DNA from: an uncultured delta proteobacterium
Lineage (GTDB): Bacteria > Myxococcota > Myxococcia > Myxococcales > Myxococcaceae
Direction of reading: 5' to 3'
Assembly (NCBI GenBank): GCA_963771175.1
Contig: CAVYSY010000033.1
Location: 224,001 to 288,000 of the forward strand
DNA: 64,000 nt
In this document: in pieces, positions 50,295 through 59,949 of the stretch
How positions within the stretch are numbered: position 1 is the first letter of the stretch
Layout of the letters: every line of letters starts with the position of its first letter
Position numbers and translations under genes: made by a program
The notes under the pieces: generated by a model
What the model saw: the letters and a program-made list of their open reading frames with translations, nothing else
The model's database searches: none
What the model was told of the DNA's origin: nothing

Positions 50295-51653
50295 CTAGCC
50301 CGCGAGAGAGATGATGCGAACGCCCAGGTGACCCTCGACTTCCACCAGCTCGCCCCGGGCCACCACCTTGCCATTCACCGAGAGGTCCACCGGCTCGCCC
50401 GGCGTCCGGTTCAGCTCGATGACCTGCCCCACGCGCATGGACACCACCTTATCCGCCGTCACCGGCACCCGGGCCAGCTCCACGGAGATCTGCAGCGGGA
50501 TGTCACCCAGCAGGTCGCCTGCATCCATTCTGTCGTCCACGGATCCACTCTCCGCCAAAGGGTTGCGCATCTCGGGGTTGGTGAACTCCTCCTGCTCCCC
50601 CGCTTCGCTCAGGGCCTCCGCCGCGGCCTCGTCCGACTCGGAGGGCACACGCCGCTGGAAGGACTGCTCCCCGAGCACCACCTCGGTGATTCGCGCCTGA
50701 TACTGACCGTTCTCGAGAAACACCTCCGAGTTCAGGCAGCCCACGCGTCCCAGCCCCAGGCGCAGCCGCGCGGTGCCCTCCTCGCCCCGGTCCGGCCGGG
50801 CCGAGAGAACGTCCACCAGCACCACGTCCTTCACCCGGAGGCTCGACAGGTCCTGGCTGGAGATCTCCGCGTAGCCGATCTCCGCCCGCAGCCAGGTGCG
50901 AGCCGAGGACAGGCGAGACAAGTGGGCCTGCGCGTCCGAGCGCAGCAGCGCCCGCCGATGCTCGGCCACCTGCGCCGGCTCCATCACCTCCAGCACGCCC
51001 GAGGGCACGAAGAGGCGCACCGTGCCCTCCTGGGAGCCGAGCTGGGCCCGGAACTGGACCACCAGCACCGGCCCATCCTCGCCCAGCCGCGCCGCCGCCT
51101 CATCCGCCCCGTGCGCCACTCCCTCCATGCGTAGCTTGGGCTGCCCCGGCTCCATCCCCGGCGCCAGCGCCTTGAGCGCCTCGAGGAGGACAAAGCCCAC
51201 CACACCTTCCTCGATGTCCGTCATGGGCCGCAGGCCGACCGTCTCCCCCGCGCCGCCCAGCAGCATGTCCACCACCGCGTGCGCCAGGGCCAGGTCCACC
51301 TCCAGCACCGCGCGCCCGCGATGCGGGCCGGGCACCAGGAAGGAGAGGAAGGAGGGCGCCGCCAGGTGCCGGCGCAGCTCGTTCGTTCCGAGGACCTGCA
51401 ACGCCTCCAACGTGAAGACGGGCTGCGCGTCGAAGATGGCCTTGAGCCGGGCGCACAGCGCCTCGATGGCCTCGGCCTTCGGCGTCAACCACTTCAGCCG
51501 ACCGGTGAGCCGGGACTCGGTGAGGGACACCTTCTCCAGCTTGTTGGCGAAGGAGAAGGGGCGCCACGGCTTCACCGAGCGCTTGAGCTGCCGGGTATCG
51601 ACCACCATGGTGCGCTCTTGTTCGCCGGGGCCATCGTCCATGTCGAGACTCAC
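50295..51653 (-). CDS. sctQ: C-ring protein SctQ (FliM/FliN family)
   Basis: C-terminal SPOA domain IPLQISVELAR...VNGKVVARGELVEVEGHLGVRI. Confidence 0.92.
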   Translation of the reverse strand: MSLDMDDGPGEQERTMVVDTRQLKRSVKPWRPFSFANKLEKVSLTESRLTGRLKWLTPKAEAIEALCARLKAIFDAQPVFTLEALQVLGTNELRRHLAAPSFLSFLVPGPHRGRAVLEVDLALAHAVVDMLLGGAGETVGLRPMTDIEEGVVGFVLLEALKALAPGMEPGQPKLRMEGVAHGADEAAARLGEDGPVLVVQFRAQLGSQEGTVRLFVPSGVLEVMEPAQVAEHRRALLRSDAQAHLSRLSSARTWLRAEIGYAEISSQDLSSLRVKDVVLVDVLSARPDRGEEGTARLRLGLGRVGCLNSEVFLENGQYQARITEVVLGEQSFQRRVPSESDEAAAEALSEAGEQEEFTNPEMRNPLAESGSVDDRMDAGDLLGDIPLQISVELARVPVTADKVVSMRVGQVIELNRTPGEPVDLSVNGKVVARGELVEVEGHLGVRIISLAG

Positions 51654-52609
51654 GACTTCGCCTCGACCCGCATGTCCTCGAGGGTGAGACCGCGCCCGGC
51701 CAACGCGCTCTTCAGACCCTCGCGCTGCTCCTCGAGCATCTTCAACACGTCACGATCACTGCCGCTGAAGACGGCCTGGATCTTCCCGTTCTTCGCGCTG
51801 AGCTTGATGGACAGGCCGCTGAGCACGTCGCCCCGGAGGTCGATCTGGAACTCCGCGTGGCCCGCGGCATTGGTGCCCACCCGCACCCGCTCGACGATCT
51901 TCTGGGCGATCTCGTTGGCGATGGCGCGCAGCCGCTCCGAGCCCGCGCCCGGCTTGGGCTTGGCCACCGGCACGGGCGCCATCAGCGCGGGGTTGAAACG
52001 GAAGCCGGCGGCCAGCTCCGGCGCGCCGTCCTTCTTGTCCTTGCCGTCCCCGCTGCCCTTGCCGCCGCCGTCCGCGTCCGTCTTGAGAGCGCCCTTGCTC
52101 CGGCCCGCCTGGGCGCCGGCCGCCGCGTTCTCGCTGCCCTTGCTCAGCGACTCGCCGCGCTCGCCCAGGGCGTCGTCGGTCGTCTTCGCGTCCGCGAGGC
52201 GCGACTCGGCGCGCGTGTGCACCACGCCCTGGTCGTTCTGCCGGCCCTGGGTCGCCTGGCTCGTCTGGGACGAGTCCGTCTGACGCCCCTCGGTCAGCCG
52301 CTCGCCCTCGCCCGTACGCGCCTGCTGGGTGCGCTCGCCCTGGGCCTTGTCCAACTGGCGATGCTGGGTGCGCTGGGTGTCCCCGCGCTGCTCCGTCTTC
52401 GCATCCTGCTGCAGGCGCGCCAGGACCGACTTCCCAATGCCCTGCTGCTGCTGCTGCTGGGCCTGGGGGGTCTTCTGCTGCTGGACCAGCTTGGAGAAGG
52501 CGTTCTCGCCCTCCGTGCGCTGCTTGTTCTTGGACTCCTGGAGGCGCTTCTCCTGGACGAGCCGCTCCGCGGCCTTCTGTGCCTGACGATCGTCTTCGAC
52601 TCGGCTCAT
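51650..52609 (-). CDS. sctP: SctP/FliK-like length-control protein
   Basis: Disordered Q-rich N-terminus plus C-terminal T3S4-like region (EFQIDLRGDVLSGL...LKSALAGRGL); sits between sctO and sctQ. Confidence 0.72.
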   Translation of the reverse strand: MSRVEDDRQAQKAAERLVQEKRLQESKNKQRTEGENAFSKLVQQQKTPQAQQQQQQGIGKSVLARLQQDAKTEQRGDTQRTQHRQLDKAQGERTQQARTGEGERLTEGRQTDSSQTSQATQGRQNDQGVVHTRAESRLADAKTTDDALGERGESLSKGSENAAAGAQAGRSKGALKTDADGGGKGSGDGKDKKDGAPELAAGFRFNPALMAPVPVAKPKPGAGSERLRAIANEIAQKIVERVRVGTNAAGHAEFQIDLRGDVLSGLSIKLSAKNGKIQAVFSGSDRDVLKMLEEQREGLKSALAGRGLTLEDMRVEAKS

Positions 52610-52639
52610 TGCGTCACACCGCCTGGGGGAACCCCGAGG

Positions 52640-53128
52640 TTACTTGCGCTGGCGCATCAGGAACAAGGTGTTCCCGATTTCCTCCTGGTTCAGCTCCTCC
52701 TTGGCCTGGCGCTCGGCCCGGAGTTGCTTCTGCCAGGTATCCTTGTGCTTCTCGATGGCCTTGAGCTCCTTGGCAGCCTCGGCCATCTCCCGCCGCCGCT
52801 GCTCCACCAGTCGCTCGGCGACCTTGACGGCCTCCTTCTGCCGCTCGATCTCCAGGGAGATCTGCGCCTCCTCGTCCTTGAGGCGCTCCTCGTAGCGGTT
52901 CATCATGGTGAGGCCGTTGACGCCGGCGCCCTTGGCCATGACCTGTTGGGAGTAGGCCAGCACCTTCTGCTTGCGCTCGGCCTTGCGCTTCTCGAGCTCC
53001 TGCTCGAGCCGCTTCTGCTCGGCCTTCTCCTTCTCCAGCGCCTTGACGGCGTTGGAGAAGGCCTGCTCGGCCTCCTCCTTCGCACGCTCGCGCATCTCGA
53101 GCAGGACCTGCAACCGGTAGGGGGGCAT
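52640..53128 (-). CDS. sctO: SctO/FliJ-like stalk protein
   Basis: YRLQVLLEMRER, coiled coil, directly after the ATPase. Confidence 0.82.
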   Translation of the reverse strand: MPPYRLQVLLEMRERAKEEAEQAFSNAVKALEKEKAEQKRLEQELEKRKAERKQKVLAYSQQVMAKGAGVNGLTMMNRYEERLKDEEAQISLEIERQKEAVKVAERLVEQRRREMAEAAKELKAIEKHKDTWQKQLRAERQAKEELNQEEIGNTLFLMRQRK

Positions 53129-53179
53129 GATGCCCGCATCCTAGCGCGGAAAGGCCCCGTCGCGTCACTCCCCGCGGCG

Positions 53180-54493
53180 TCAGTCCGCGAAGAGGCCGAT
53201 GAGCTGCTCGACGGTCTCCTCGAAGCCACTGTTGGAGTGGGTATCCTGCTTGAGGAAGTCGATGATGGAGTCGTACTTGTCGATGGCGTAGTCCGTCCGG
53301 GGGTCCGTCCCGTACTGGTAGGCGCCCAGGAGGATGAGGTCGCGCTGCTTCTCGTACGTGGAGAGCGTCTCGCGCAGCTTGCCGGCCGCCTTCTTGTGCT
53401 CCTTGGAAACGATGCCGCTCATCACACGGGAGAGGCTGGCCAGCACGTCCATGGCGGGCCACTGGTTGCGCTCGCCCAGGGCACGGTTGAGGATGAAGTG
53501 GCCGTCGAGAATACCGCGGACCTCGTCGGCGATGGGCTCTTCCATGTCACCGCCGGCCACGAGGCAGGTGTAGATGGCGGTGCACTTGCCCTTGTCCGAG
53601 TTGCCCGTGCGCTCGAGGATGCGCGGCAGCATGGAGAACACGCTCGGCGGATAGCCTTGGCGCGCCGGGGGTTCACCGATGGCGAGGCCGATCTCACGCT
53701 GGGCGCGGGCCAGACGCGTCACCGTGTCGAGCATGAAGAGCACGTTGCCGCCACGCTCGCGGAAGTACTCGGCGATGGCCGTGGCCACGTAGGCGGCGCG
53801 CAGACGCACGAGGCTCGGCTGGTCCGAGGTGGCGCACACCAGCACGGAGCGCTTCATGCCCTCCTCGCCCATGGCGTCCTCGATGAACTCGCGAACCTCG
53901 CGACCACGCTCGCCGATCAGCGCCACCACGCACAGATCCGCCTTGGTGTTGCGGGCGATCTGCCCCATCAGCGTGGACTTGCCGACGCCCGAGCCGGCGA
54001 AGAGGCCCACGCGCTGGCCCTCTCCCACGGTGAGCAGCCCGTCGATGCAGCGCACCCCGAGCGGCAGCGGGCGTTCGATGCGCTGGCGCTTGAACGGGTC
54101 CGGGCAGTCCCGGTCCACCGACCAATCGATCAGGCCCCCGGGCAGCGGACTGCCGTCCATGGGCTCGCCAATGCCATTGAGCACGCGGCCCAGCAGCCCT
54201 TCCCCGCACTTGATGGAGAGGGGCCTGCCCGTGGGGATGACCTCGCTGTCCGGGCCGATGCCGTACAGCTCACCCAGGGGCATGAGCATCACCTCGTCGC
54301 CCTGGAAGCCCACCACCTCGGCCTTCACGGAGCTGCGGCTGCCATGGCCCTTGATGACGACCAACTCGCCCACCCGCACGCCAGGCACGCTCGCCTTGAT
54401 GACGAGACCCGTCAGCTCGGTGACGCGGCCCCGCACCCGGTACAGCGGCGCTTCCTTGATCAGCGAGTAGTAGCGCGAGAGATCGATGGCCAT
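53180..54493 (-). CDS. sctN: T3SS ATPase SctN (FliI/YscN family)
   Basis: GQRVGLFAGSGVGKST, ALIGERGREVREF, GEPPARQGYPPS, ILDGH. Confidence 0.97.
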   Translation of the reverse strand: MAIDLSRYYSLIKEAPLYRVRGRVTELTGLVIKASVPGVRVGELVVIKGHGSRSSVKAEVVGFQGDEVMLMPLGELYGIGPDSEVIPTGRPLSIKCGEGLLGRVLNGIGEPMDGSPLPGGLIDWSVDRDCPDPFKRQRIERPLPLGVRCIDGLLTVGEGQRVGLFAGSGVGKSTLMGQIARNTKADLCVVALIGERGREVREFIEDAMGEEGMKRSVLVCATSDQPSLVRLRAAYVATAIAEYFRERGGNVLFMLDTVTRLARAQREIGLAIGEPPARQGYPPSVFSMLPRILERTGNSDKGKCTAIYTCLVAGGDMEEPIADEVRGILDGHFILNRALGERNQWPAMDVLASLSRVMSGIVSKEHKKAAGKLRETLSTYEKQRDLILLGAYQYGTDPRTDYAIDKYDSIIDFLKQDTHSNSGFEETVEQLIGLFAD

Positions 54494-54495
54494 GG

Positions 54496-55170
54496 CTACG
54501 GAGGACCCTCCTTCTTGCCCTGATCCGGGAACAGCACGTTCTGCAGCATCTCGAACTGGGTGGGGAGCTGCGCGTCCACCGTGCCGAACTCCGTCTGCAC
54601 GATGCAGCCCACCGGGGCCACGTCCGGATCCTCGCGGATGGCCACGTCCACCGCCCGGCCGATGAGCTCCATCAGCTCCGACTTGCGAGCGCGCAGCACC
54701 GCCGCCGACTTGGGATTCACCCGGAGCACCACCGCCCGGGCGTTGCGCAGCTCCTCGATGGCCTTGGCGCAGATGTCCACCAGCAGCGTCGGGTCTCGCT
54801 CCACGTCGCGGCCGATGATCTTCTCGGAGATCTTGCACGCCAGGGCGACCACGTCCTGCTCCTGCCGGGCCAGGATGTCCCCGGCCTGCATCTTCGCGCG
54901 GAGGATGATCTCCGTGGCCTGGGCCATGCCCTCCTGCTTGCCTTGCTCGCGGGCCTTGGCCAGCACGTCCTCGCGCTCCTTCTGGGCCTCCGCGAGGATG
55001 CGCTCCTTCTCCCTCTGCGCCTCCTCGATGATGCCCTGGGCCGTCTGCCGAGCATCGAAGACCTCGGCGTTCATCACGCCCGCGCGCGGAGGTGGACGCA
55101 ATGCCGGCCGTTCCCCGCCGGACGGCGAATCGGTCGCCGAATCGCCCTTGATCACCTTGCCGATCGCCAT
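54496..55170 (-). CDS. sctL: Stator SctL (FliH family)
   Basis: AREQGKQEG, LRVNP, GCIVQTEFGTVDA. Confidence 0.9.
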   Translation of the reverse strand: MAIGKVIKGDSATDSPSGGERPALRPPPRAGVMNAEVFDARQTAQGIIEEAQREKERILAEAQKEREDVLAKAREQGKQEGMAQATEIILRAKMQAGDILARQEQDVVALACKISEKIIGRDVERDPTLLVDICAKAIEELRNARAVVLRVNPKSAAVLRARKSELMELIGRAVDVAIREDPDVAPVGCIVQTEFGTVDAQLPTQFEMLQNVLFPDQGKKEGPP

Positions 55171-55194
55171 CGAAGACTCCTTGTCAGCGGGATG

Positions 55195-56763
55195 CTAGCG
55201 CGTTCCGCCCCGCGGTCCACGCCCACTCGTACCCTGTTCGCCCGGCCGAGAGCGTCGCTGGACCCTCGTCCCCTCCTCCTTCACCGCCGGCAGGGAGGTG
55301 CTGGTGCCCACCACCCGTGGAGGGCGCTCGGATTCCACCTCGGGCTCGACACGGGGCGCGGCGCTCCGGCTGTGCGTGCGCGCTACCGGGGAGCGAAAGA
55401 CGCGCGAGCCCTCCGCCTCCGGGACAACCGGCTCTTCGACACGAGACCGGGTGGGGCCCCGGGTGGGTGCCGGCCCAATCCGGACCCCGGTGGGATCCCT
55501 CGCCATCGCCATGGATGGCTCCTGCCGATCCTTCCGGGGGGTCACCCGACTCACCCGCGAGGAGTCCGCCGCATCTTCCTGCGAACGTCCCGCGTAGCTC
55601 GGGCCGACGGCCCCCGCCCGGCGAGCCTCGCGCTCGGCGATGGGATCCCTCCGCACGCCCACCACCGACTGGGAGGACATGGAGCGCCGGACCGAGGGCT
55701 CCGAGCTGGCACCCGCGCGCATCTCCCGCGATAGGGACGGACCGCGCGCCGGGGGAGGCGCCGCCGGCCTGGCGACGGCTGGAGGAGGAGGACCAAGAGA
55801 GGGCGGACGCGCCGGGGTGACCCGGACCGGGCGCTCGATGAGGCCTCGGGCCGCGAGCCGCTCCAGGTCCGAGACGATGTCCGTACGGCCACCGTCGCCG
55901 CGGCTCGTCGGCTTGGCGCGCTCCTCGCGCACCCACTTCGCGAGGGTCTGCCCGAACTCGCCGCGATGCTTCTCCAGCAGACGTGCCGCGAACTCGGGGG
56001 ACTGGATCACGCTCGCACGCGCCAGCCGGTGCACTCCGGCCCCCCGAATGGTGGCGGCCAGGCTCTGCAAGCCACCGTACTGCTCGAGCTGCGCCTTGGC
56101 GTCCTCCTCGGCGAGCTTTCGCGGCGCATTGGCGGACACGGACCGCGTGGCGAGCTGGCGCAGGTGCGGCGGCAGTGCCGCGAAGGCCGGCTCCCGCTCC
56201 GCCTCGGGCAGGCCCGCCAGCGCCGGCCCCAGCACGCGCGCCCCCAGCCGATCGCACACGGTGAGCAGCTCGCGCGTCTGCAGCACCAGCACGTCGGGGA
56301 ACTTGAAGGGGACATGCGGCGCGGACTCGCGCGAGAGCAGCTCCTCCAGCGTCCAGCGCACGATGTCCAGCACCTGGGGCCGGACGTCGCGCGTGAACTT
56401 CACCCGCCCCGTGGAGGGCAGGTGGGAGCGCACCGCGTCCGCCAGCGGCGCCGGCAGCGCACGCAGCACCACCTCCACGACAGCCAGGCGCTCGCGCTTG
56501 AGCAGGCCCGCCAGACGCTCCGGATCCGCGCTCCACAACTGCCCACGCCGATCCCTCACCAGCCGCTTGATCTCCTGGACCAGCAGCGGGATGCGCTTCT
56601 CGCGCGGAATCTGGGAGATCTCCTGAGCCCGGTGCTGGAGCAGCTCCGCCTCATCCTCGGGCAGGTGCTCCAGCGCGCTGATGCCCTCCTGACCACCGAA
56701 GGTAATGGCGGTCAGCAGCATCATCGTCTGTCGCTTGCTCAGCGAGGTGAAGAACTGGTCCAA
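55195..56763 (-). CDS. FliG/SctK-like protein with long disordered C-terminus
   Basis: Position between sctJ and sctL; helical N-terminal half with FKFPDVLVL..REL resembling FliG; Pro/Arg-rich tail. Confidence 0.55.
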   Translation of the reverse strand: MDQFFTSLSKRQTMMLLTAITFGGQEGISALEHLPEDEAELLQHRAQEISQIPREKRIPLLVQEIKRLVRDRRGQLWSADPERLAGLLKRERLAVVEVVLRALPAPLADAVRSHLPSTGRVKFTRDVRPQVLDIVRWTLEELLSRESAPHVPFKFPDVLVLQTRELLTVCDRLGARVLGPALAGLPEAEREPAFAALPPHLRQLATRSVSANAPRKLAEEDAKAQLEQYGGLQSLAATIRGAGVHRLARASVIQSPEFAARLLEKHRGEFGQTLAKWVREERAKPTSRGDGGRTDIVSDLERLAARGLIERPVRVTPARPPSLGPPPPAVARPAAPPPARGPSLSREMRAGASSEPSVRRSMSSQSVVGVRRDPIAEREARRAGAVGPSYAGRSQEDAADSSRVSRVTPRKDRQEPSMAMARDPTGVRIGPAPTRGPTRSRVEEPVVPEAEGSRVFRSPVARTHSRSAAPRVEPEVESERPPRVVGTSTSLPAVKEEGTRVQRRSRPGEQGTSGRGPRGGTR

Positions 56764-56804
56764 CGGTCACCCCGCGGGAGAGAGACGTTCCAGAAAAACG
56801 ACGG

Positions 56805-57599
56805 TCACTGCTTGGAGCGGGCCCGCGCCGTAGCGGCGCCACCACCACCGCCGCGCATCAGAGACCACGCCGACAGGCCGATGGCGGCCAGGATGATCAG
56901 CACGGACACGCCAGCCATCATGCGGAACTGGCCCACGCTGGCCGCCGTCATGCGCATGCCCATGACGTCCTGCAGGCGGCTCTCCGCGCTCACCTCCGCG
57001 TCGGTGGCGACCGCGGCCGTCAGCAGCACCGTGACCGCTTCCGGCTTCAGCTCCGGCACGGCGGTGGAGACGAACTTCCGCACGTCATCGGGCTGGATGG
57101 GCGGCTGGTTCTTCGGGCCGGGCCGGTACTTGACGAACACCGACGACGAGGGCATCGGCTTGTTCTCCGGCTGGGTGAGGTCGTTGTTCTCCGGGATCAT
57201 CACGATGACCCGGGCCTCCAGCACGCCGTCGATCTGGTTCAGTGCGTTGGACACCTCACCACCGAGCGCCTTGAGCATCATGGCGCGCTCCTCGGTGGCG
57301 GTGGGCACCATGCCGCCCTTGGCGAAGTGGTTCAGCCCCTTCTCCATCGGGCGCGGCAGCGAGTACGCCCGCAACAACTCCGCAGCCTGAGCGGCGTCCG
57401 CCTTGGGGACCACGATGCGGAAGCGGACCTCGTTTCCGCCCTCTTCCTTCATCTTGGTGGCGGCGATGCCGTTCTTGCTGAGCAGGACGTAGATCTCATT
57501 GGCGTCCTGCTCGGTGAGATCGTGCTGCAGGTCGATGGAGCAGCCAGTCCCCAGCACGAGGGCGAGGAGGGCGGCGAGCGCGTACGGTCGGAGCGTCAT
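56805..57599 (-). CDS. sctJ: Inner-membrane ring lipoprotein SctJ
   Basis: Lipobox LGTGC; LTEQDANEI..LL, IDGVLEARV, SSSVFVKY, C-terminal TM. Confidence 0.94.
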   Translation of the reverse strand: MTLRPYALAALLALVLGTGCSIDLQHDLTEQDANEIYVLLSKNGIAATKMKEEGGNEVRFRIVVPKADAAQAAELLRAYSLPRPMEKGLNHFAKGGMVPTATEERAMMLKALGGEVSNALNQIDGVLEARVIVMIPENNDLTQPENKPMPSSSVFVKYRPGPKNQPPIQPDDVRKFVSTAVPELKPEAVTVLLTAAVATDAEVSAESRLQDVMGMRMTAASVGQFRMMAGVSVLIILAAIGLSAWSLMRGGGGGAATARARSKQ

Positions 57600-57662
57600 G
57601 GGCGGTCCTAGCTTAGATGTGGCGCCTTGTTTCCAACAAGACCCAACCCGGAAAGAGGGGGC

Positions 57663-57702
57663 AAAACGCGAAAAGGCGCCCCCTCCCATTGGAGGAGACG
57701 CC
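57663..57702 (-). terminator. Intrinsic terminator between sctI-like gene and sctJ
   Basis: GGCGTCTCCTCC-AATG-GGAGGGGGCGCC followed by TTTTCGCGTTTT on the minus strand. Confidence 0.7.
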
Positions 57703-57734
57703 CTTCTGGGGGACCGGCAAAAGCCGGCCGCTCG

Positions 57735-58268
57735 CTACACCTGGGTCTTCAGGGTGTCCTTGAGGCCGCTGGTGGCCTTCTCGACCACCTTGCTCGTCAG
57801 ATCCAGCTCCTGGGTGTACTTGTACATACCCGCCTGGAGCGAGATCAGCTCGGCGTTGGAGAAGCTCTTCCCCGAGGCGCCGGCCTTGATGAGCTTCTCC
57901 ATGTTGAGCTGGCCCTTCTCCAGCTCGCTGACGACGTGCGAGAGCATGCCGCCGCTCTTGCTCGCCTCCTGCTTGCCGGTGACGGCCTCGGCGCCGCGCG
58001 CGGTGGCGGGCTCCTGGCCAGCGGTGTTCACCTTGTTGAGCGCCGCCTTCTCCGTCTTGTTGACGGCCTCGGTCTGACGCACCTGCTCGGCGCGCTGGGT
58101 GGCCTGAGCCGCCTGAGCCGCCTGGGCCTGCTCCGGCCCCTGAGCCTTGTTAGCGAGGGCCGCGTCGAACTTCGAGGCCCCCTGCTTGTTGACCTGCTGC
58201 GCGCCCTGATCCTGCACCTTCTGCTGGGCGACCTGAGCTGCCGAGACGCCGGCCATCGGACCCGCCAT
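57735..58268 (-). CDS. Inner rod SctI-like protein
   Basis: C-terminus ELISLQAGMYKYTQELDLTSKVVEKATSGLKDTLKTQ fits the YscI/HrpB2 pattern; directly upstream of sctJ. Confidence 0.65.
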   Translation of the reverse strand: MAGPMAGVSAAQVAQQKVQDQGAQQVNKQGASKFDAALANKAQGPEQAQAAQAAQATQRAEQVRQTEAVNKTEKAALNKVNTAGQEPATARGAEAVTGKQEASKSGGMLSHVVSELEKGQLNMEKLIKAGASGKSFSNAELISLQAGMYKYTQELDLTSKVVEKATSGLKDTLKTQV

Positions 58269-58980
58269 GTGACTGCCTCCTTGAATCCACAGGGGAGGAA
58301 GACTCCTCCTCGTTCAACAGTTCCTTGAGCCGTTCGATCGCCCGCGCATGCAGGCGAGACGCCCAGCTCTTCGACTGCCCGATCTCCGCCCCCGCCTCTT
58401 CCAGCGTCTTGCCCTGGAAGTAGTAGCCCTGCAGAAGCCGGCGCTCCTTCTCCGGCAACTTCTCGATGGCTGCCCTCACCCTCACCCGCTGCTGCTCGAG
58501 CTCCAGCCGTTGATCCACCGGCAGGGACTCGTCCGAGAAACCCAGCGAGTCTGCACCTTCGAGGCTGGTCGCGAACACCATCGCCAGTCCCGCCACCGCG
58601 TTGGAGATGTCCATTACATCATCGTCAATGGACCCCCCGCGGTTGCCTCCTCCCTGCTCGCGATCCGAAAGATTTCCCAGATACGCGGAGGCCCGCTCAC
58701 TCATGTAGGAGGAGCGCGCATCGCCCCCCTTGAGCACTCCCATCTTGCGCAGGCCATCGTAGATGGCGCCCTTGATGCGGTAGTGGGCAAAGGTGAGGAA
58801 GTTGGCTCCTACCTTGGGATCAAAGCGATCGGCCGCCTCCAGGAGGCCAATCTGGCCGTAGGCGATGAGCTCGTCGAGCTCGAGCTGGGCGGAGAACTGC
58901 CTGCGCACGGTCGCCGCCAGCGACCGCACGTAGGGGCCGTACTTCTCCAGGAGAACCTTCTTGTCTTCGCCGAGCCCCAA
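58150..58980 (-). CDS. fliA: FliA/WhiG-family (sigma28) RNA polymerase sigma factor
   Basis: DELIAYGQIGLLEAADRFDP, TFAHYRIKGAIYDGLR, LPEKER..YY..TLEEAG..SWASRLH. Confidence 0.85.
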   Translation of the reverse strand: MGLGEDKKVLLEKYGPYVRSLAATVRRQFSAQLELDELIAYGQIGLLEAADRFDPKVGANFLTFAHYRIKGAIYDGLRKMGVLKGGDARSSYMSERASAYLGNLSDREQGGGNRGGSIDDDVMDISNAVAGLAMVFATSLEGADSLGFSDESLPVDQRLELEQQRVRVRAAIEKLPEKERRLLQGYYFQGKTLEEAGAEIGQSKSWASRLHARAIERLKELLNEEESSSPVDSRRQSHGGSDGRRLGSSGRPAEGAGSGRAAGQQAGGLEVRRGPR

Positions 58981-58987
58981 GCGCCGC

Positions 58988-59398
58988 TCACTCAGCCTTC
59001 GACCACAACCGCTCGAGGGCCTGATTCAAACGGGGATCATCCTGCAGGGCGTCGGCGATCTTGCTGGTCAAGGCCGACGACTTCATCCGCAGCTTCTCCT
59101 TGAGCACCTCGGAGACGAGCTTGCGCGTCGCCTCGTCCTTGCTCTTGAAGTCCCCGTTCTTCAGTTGTTTGGCGATGGCAAGCGCCTGGGAGGTGATGGG
59201 ATCCGTGGCCTGGGGCCCCTGCACGTTGCTGGAGCCCACCGCACCGGAGGGACCTACCAGGCCCGCGGAGCGATCCACCGTGCCACCAAAAGTCGCAGCC
59301 CCTGCCTTGCCGGCTGACGCCTTGCCGGCGGGCCCCTTGGCGCCCCCGGCACGTCCCTTTCCGCCGCCTCGTCCGACTCCACCGACCGACATCGGCAT
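58988..59398 (-). CDS. Small protein, candidate FlgM-like anti-sigma factor
   Basis: Disordered N-terminus; AIAKQLKNGDFK and SKIADAL resemble the FlgM C-terminus; 7 nt upstream of fliA. Confidence 0.45.
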   Translation of the reverse strand: MPMSVGGVGRGGGKGRAGGAKGPAGKASAGKAGAATFGGTVDRSAGLVGPSGAVGSSNVQGPQATDPITSQALAIAKQLKNGDFKSKDEATRKLVSEVLKEKLRMKSSALTSKIADALQDDPRLNQALERLWSKAE

Positions 59399-59417
59399 GA
59401 CCTCCTGTCAATGCATT

Positions 59418-59855
59418 CTACTTCTTCGCGGTGGCTGGAGGCAGAGCCCCCGCCTCCTTCGCCTCGAGGAGCGCCTTGGCCAGGCGAGCCCCGTCACCCT
59501 CGGGCTCCAGGTCCATGGCGGCCTTCAACTCCTTCAGGGCCTCCGGCACCTTACCCATGAACAGCAGGGCCTCGCCCGCGTGTGCCCGCGGCAGAGCGGA
59601 GTTGGGAGCGAGCCGCTGGGCCGCCCGGTAGGACTGCAGCGCCTTGTCGTGACGACCCTGGGCGAACTCGAGCGAACCGAGCGCCAGTTGCGGCACCTCG
59701 CTCTTGGGCATCAGCACCGCGGCCCCGGCGAAGACTTCACGCGCCTTCTCGAACTGGCCCATGTCGAGCCACAGATAGCCCGCCTCGAGGAGGATCATCG
59801 CCTCACGCCGAGCGAGGGGAACGAGGCTGCCCGAGATCTCCGAAGTCTCCGCCAT
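59418..59855 (-). CDS. TPR chaperone-like protein
   Basis: GYLWLDMGQFEKAREVF and three TPR-like helix pairs. Confidence 0.78.
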   Translation of the reverse strand: MAETSEISGSLVPLARREAMILLEAGYLWLDMGQFEKAREVFAGAAVLMPKSEVPQLALGSLEFAQGRHDKALQSYRAAQRLAPNSALPRAHAGEALLFMGKVPEALKELKAAMDLEPEGDGARLAKALLEAKEAGALPPATAKK

Positions 59856-59949
59856 GTGTCGTCCGCTTCCTTTTCTGGTCCGGGAAGGCCCGGAGGGAGC
59901 AACCGCGTCCCCCCGAGCCCCGGACCCCTGAGACCGCCAGCGACAAGCG

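Noticed and set aside
50295..50528. Internal translation start for a short SctQ C-terminal product
   Set aside because: In-frame ATG exists but no well-spaced RBS; cannot be supported from sequence alone
40903..58980. A flagellar gene cluster
   Set aside because: No FliF, rod, hook, flagellin or Mot genes; SctJ lipoprotein and gene order are injectisome-type
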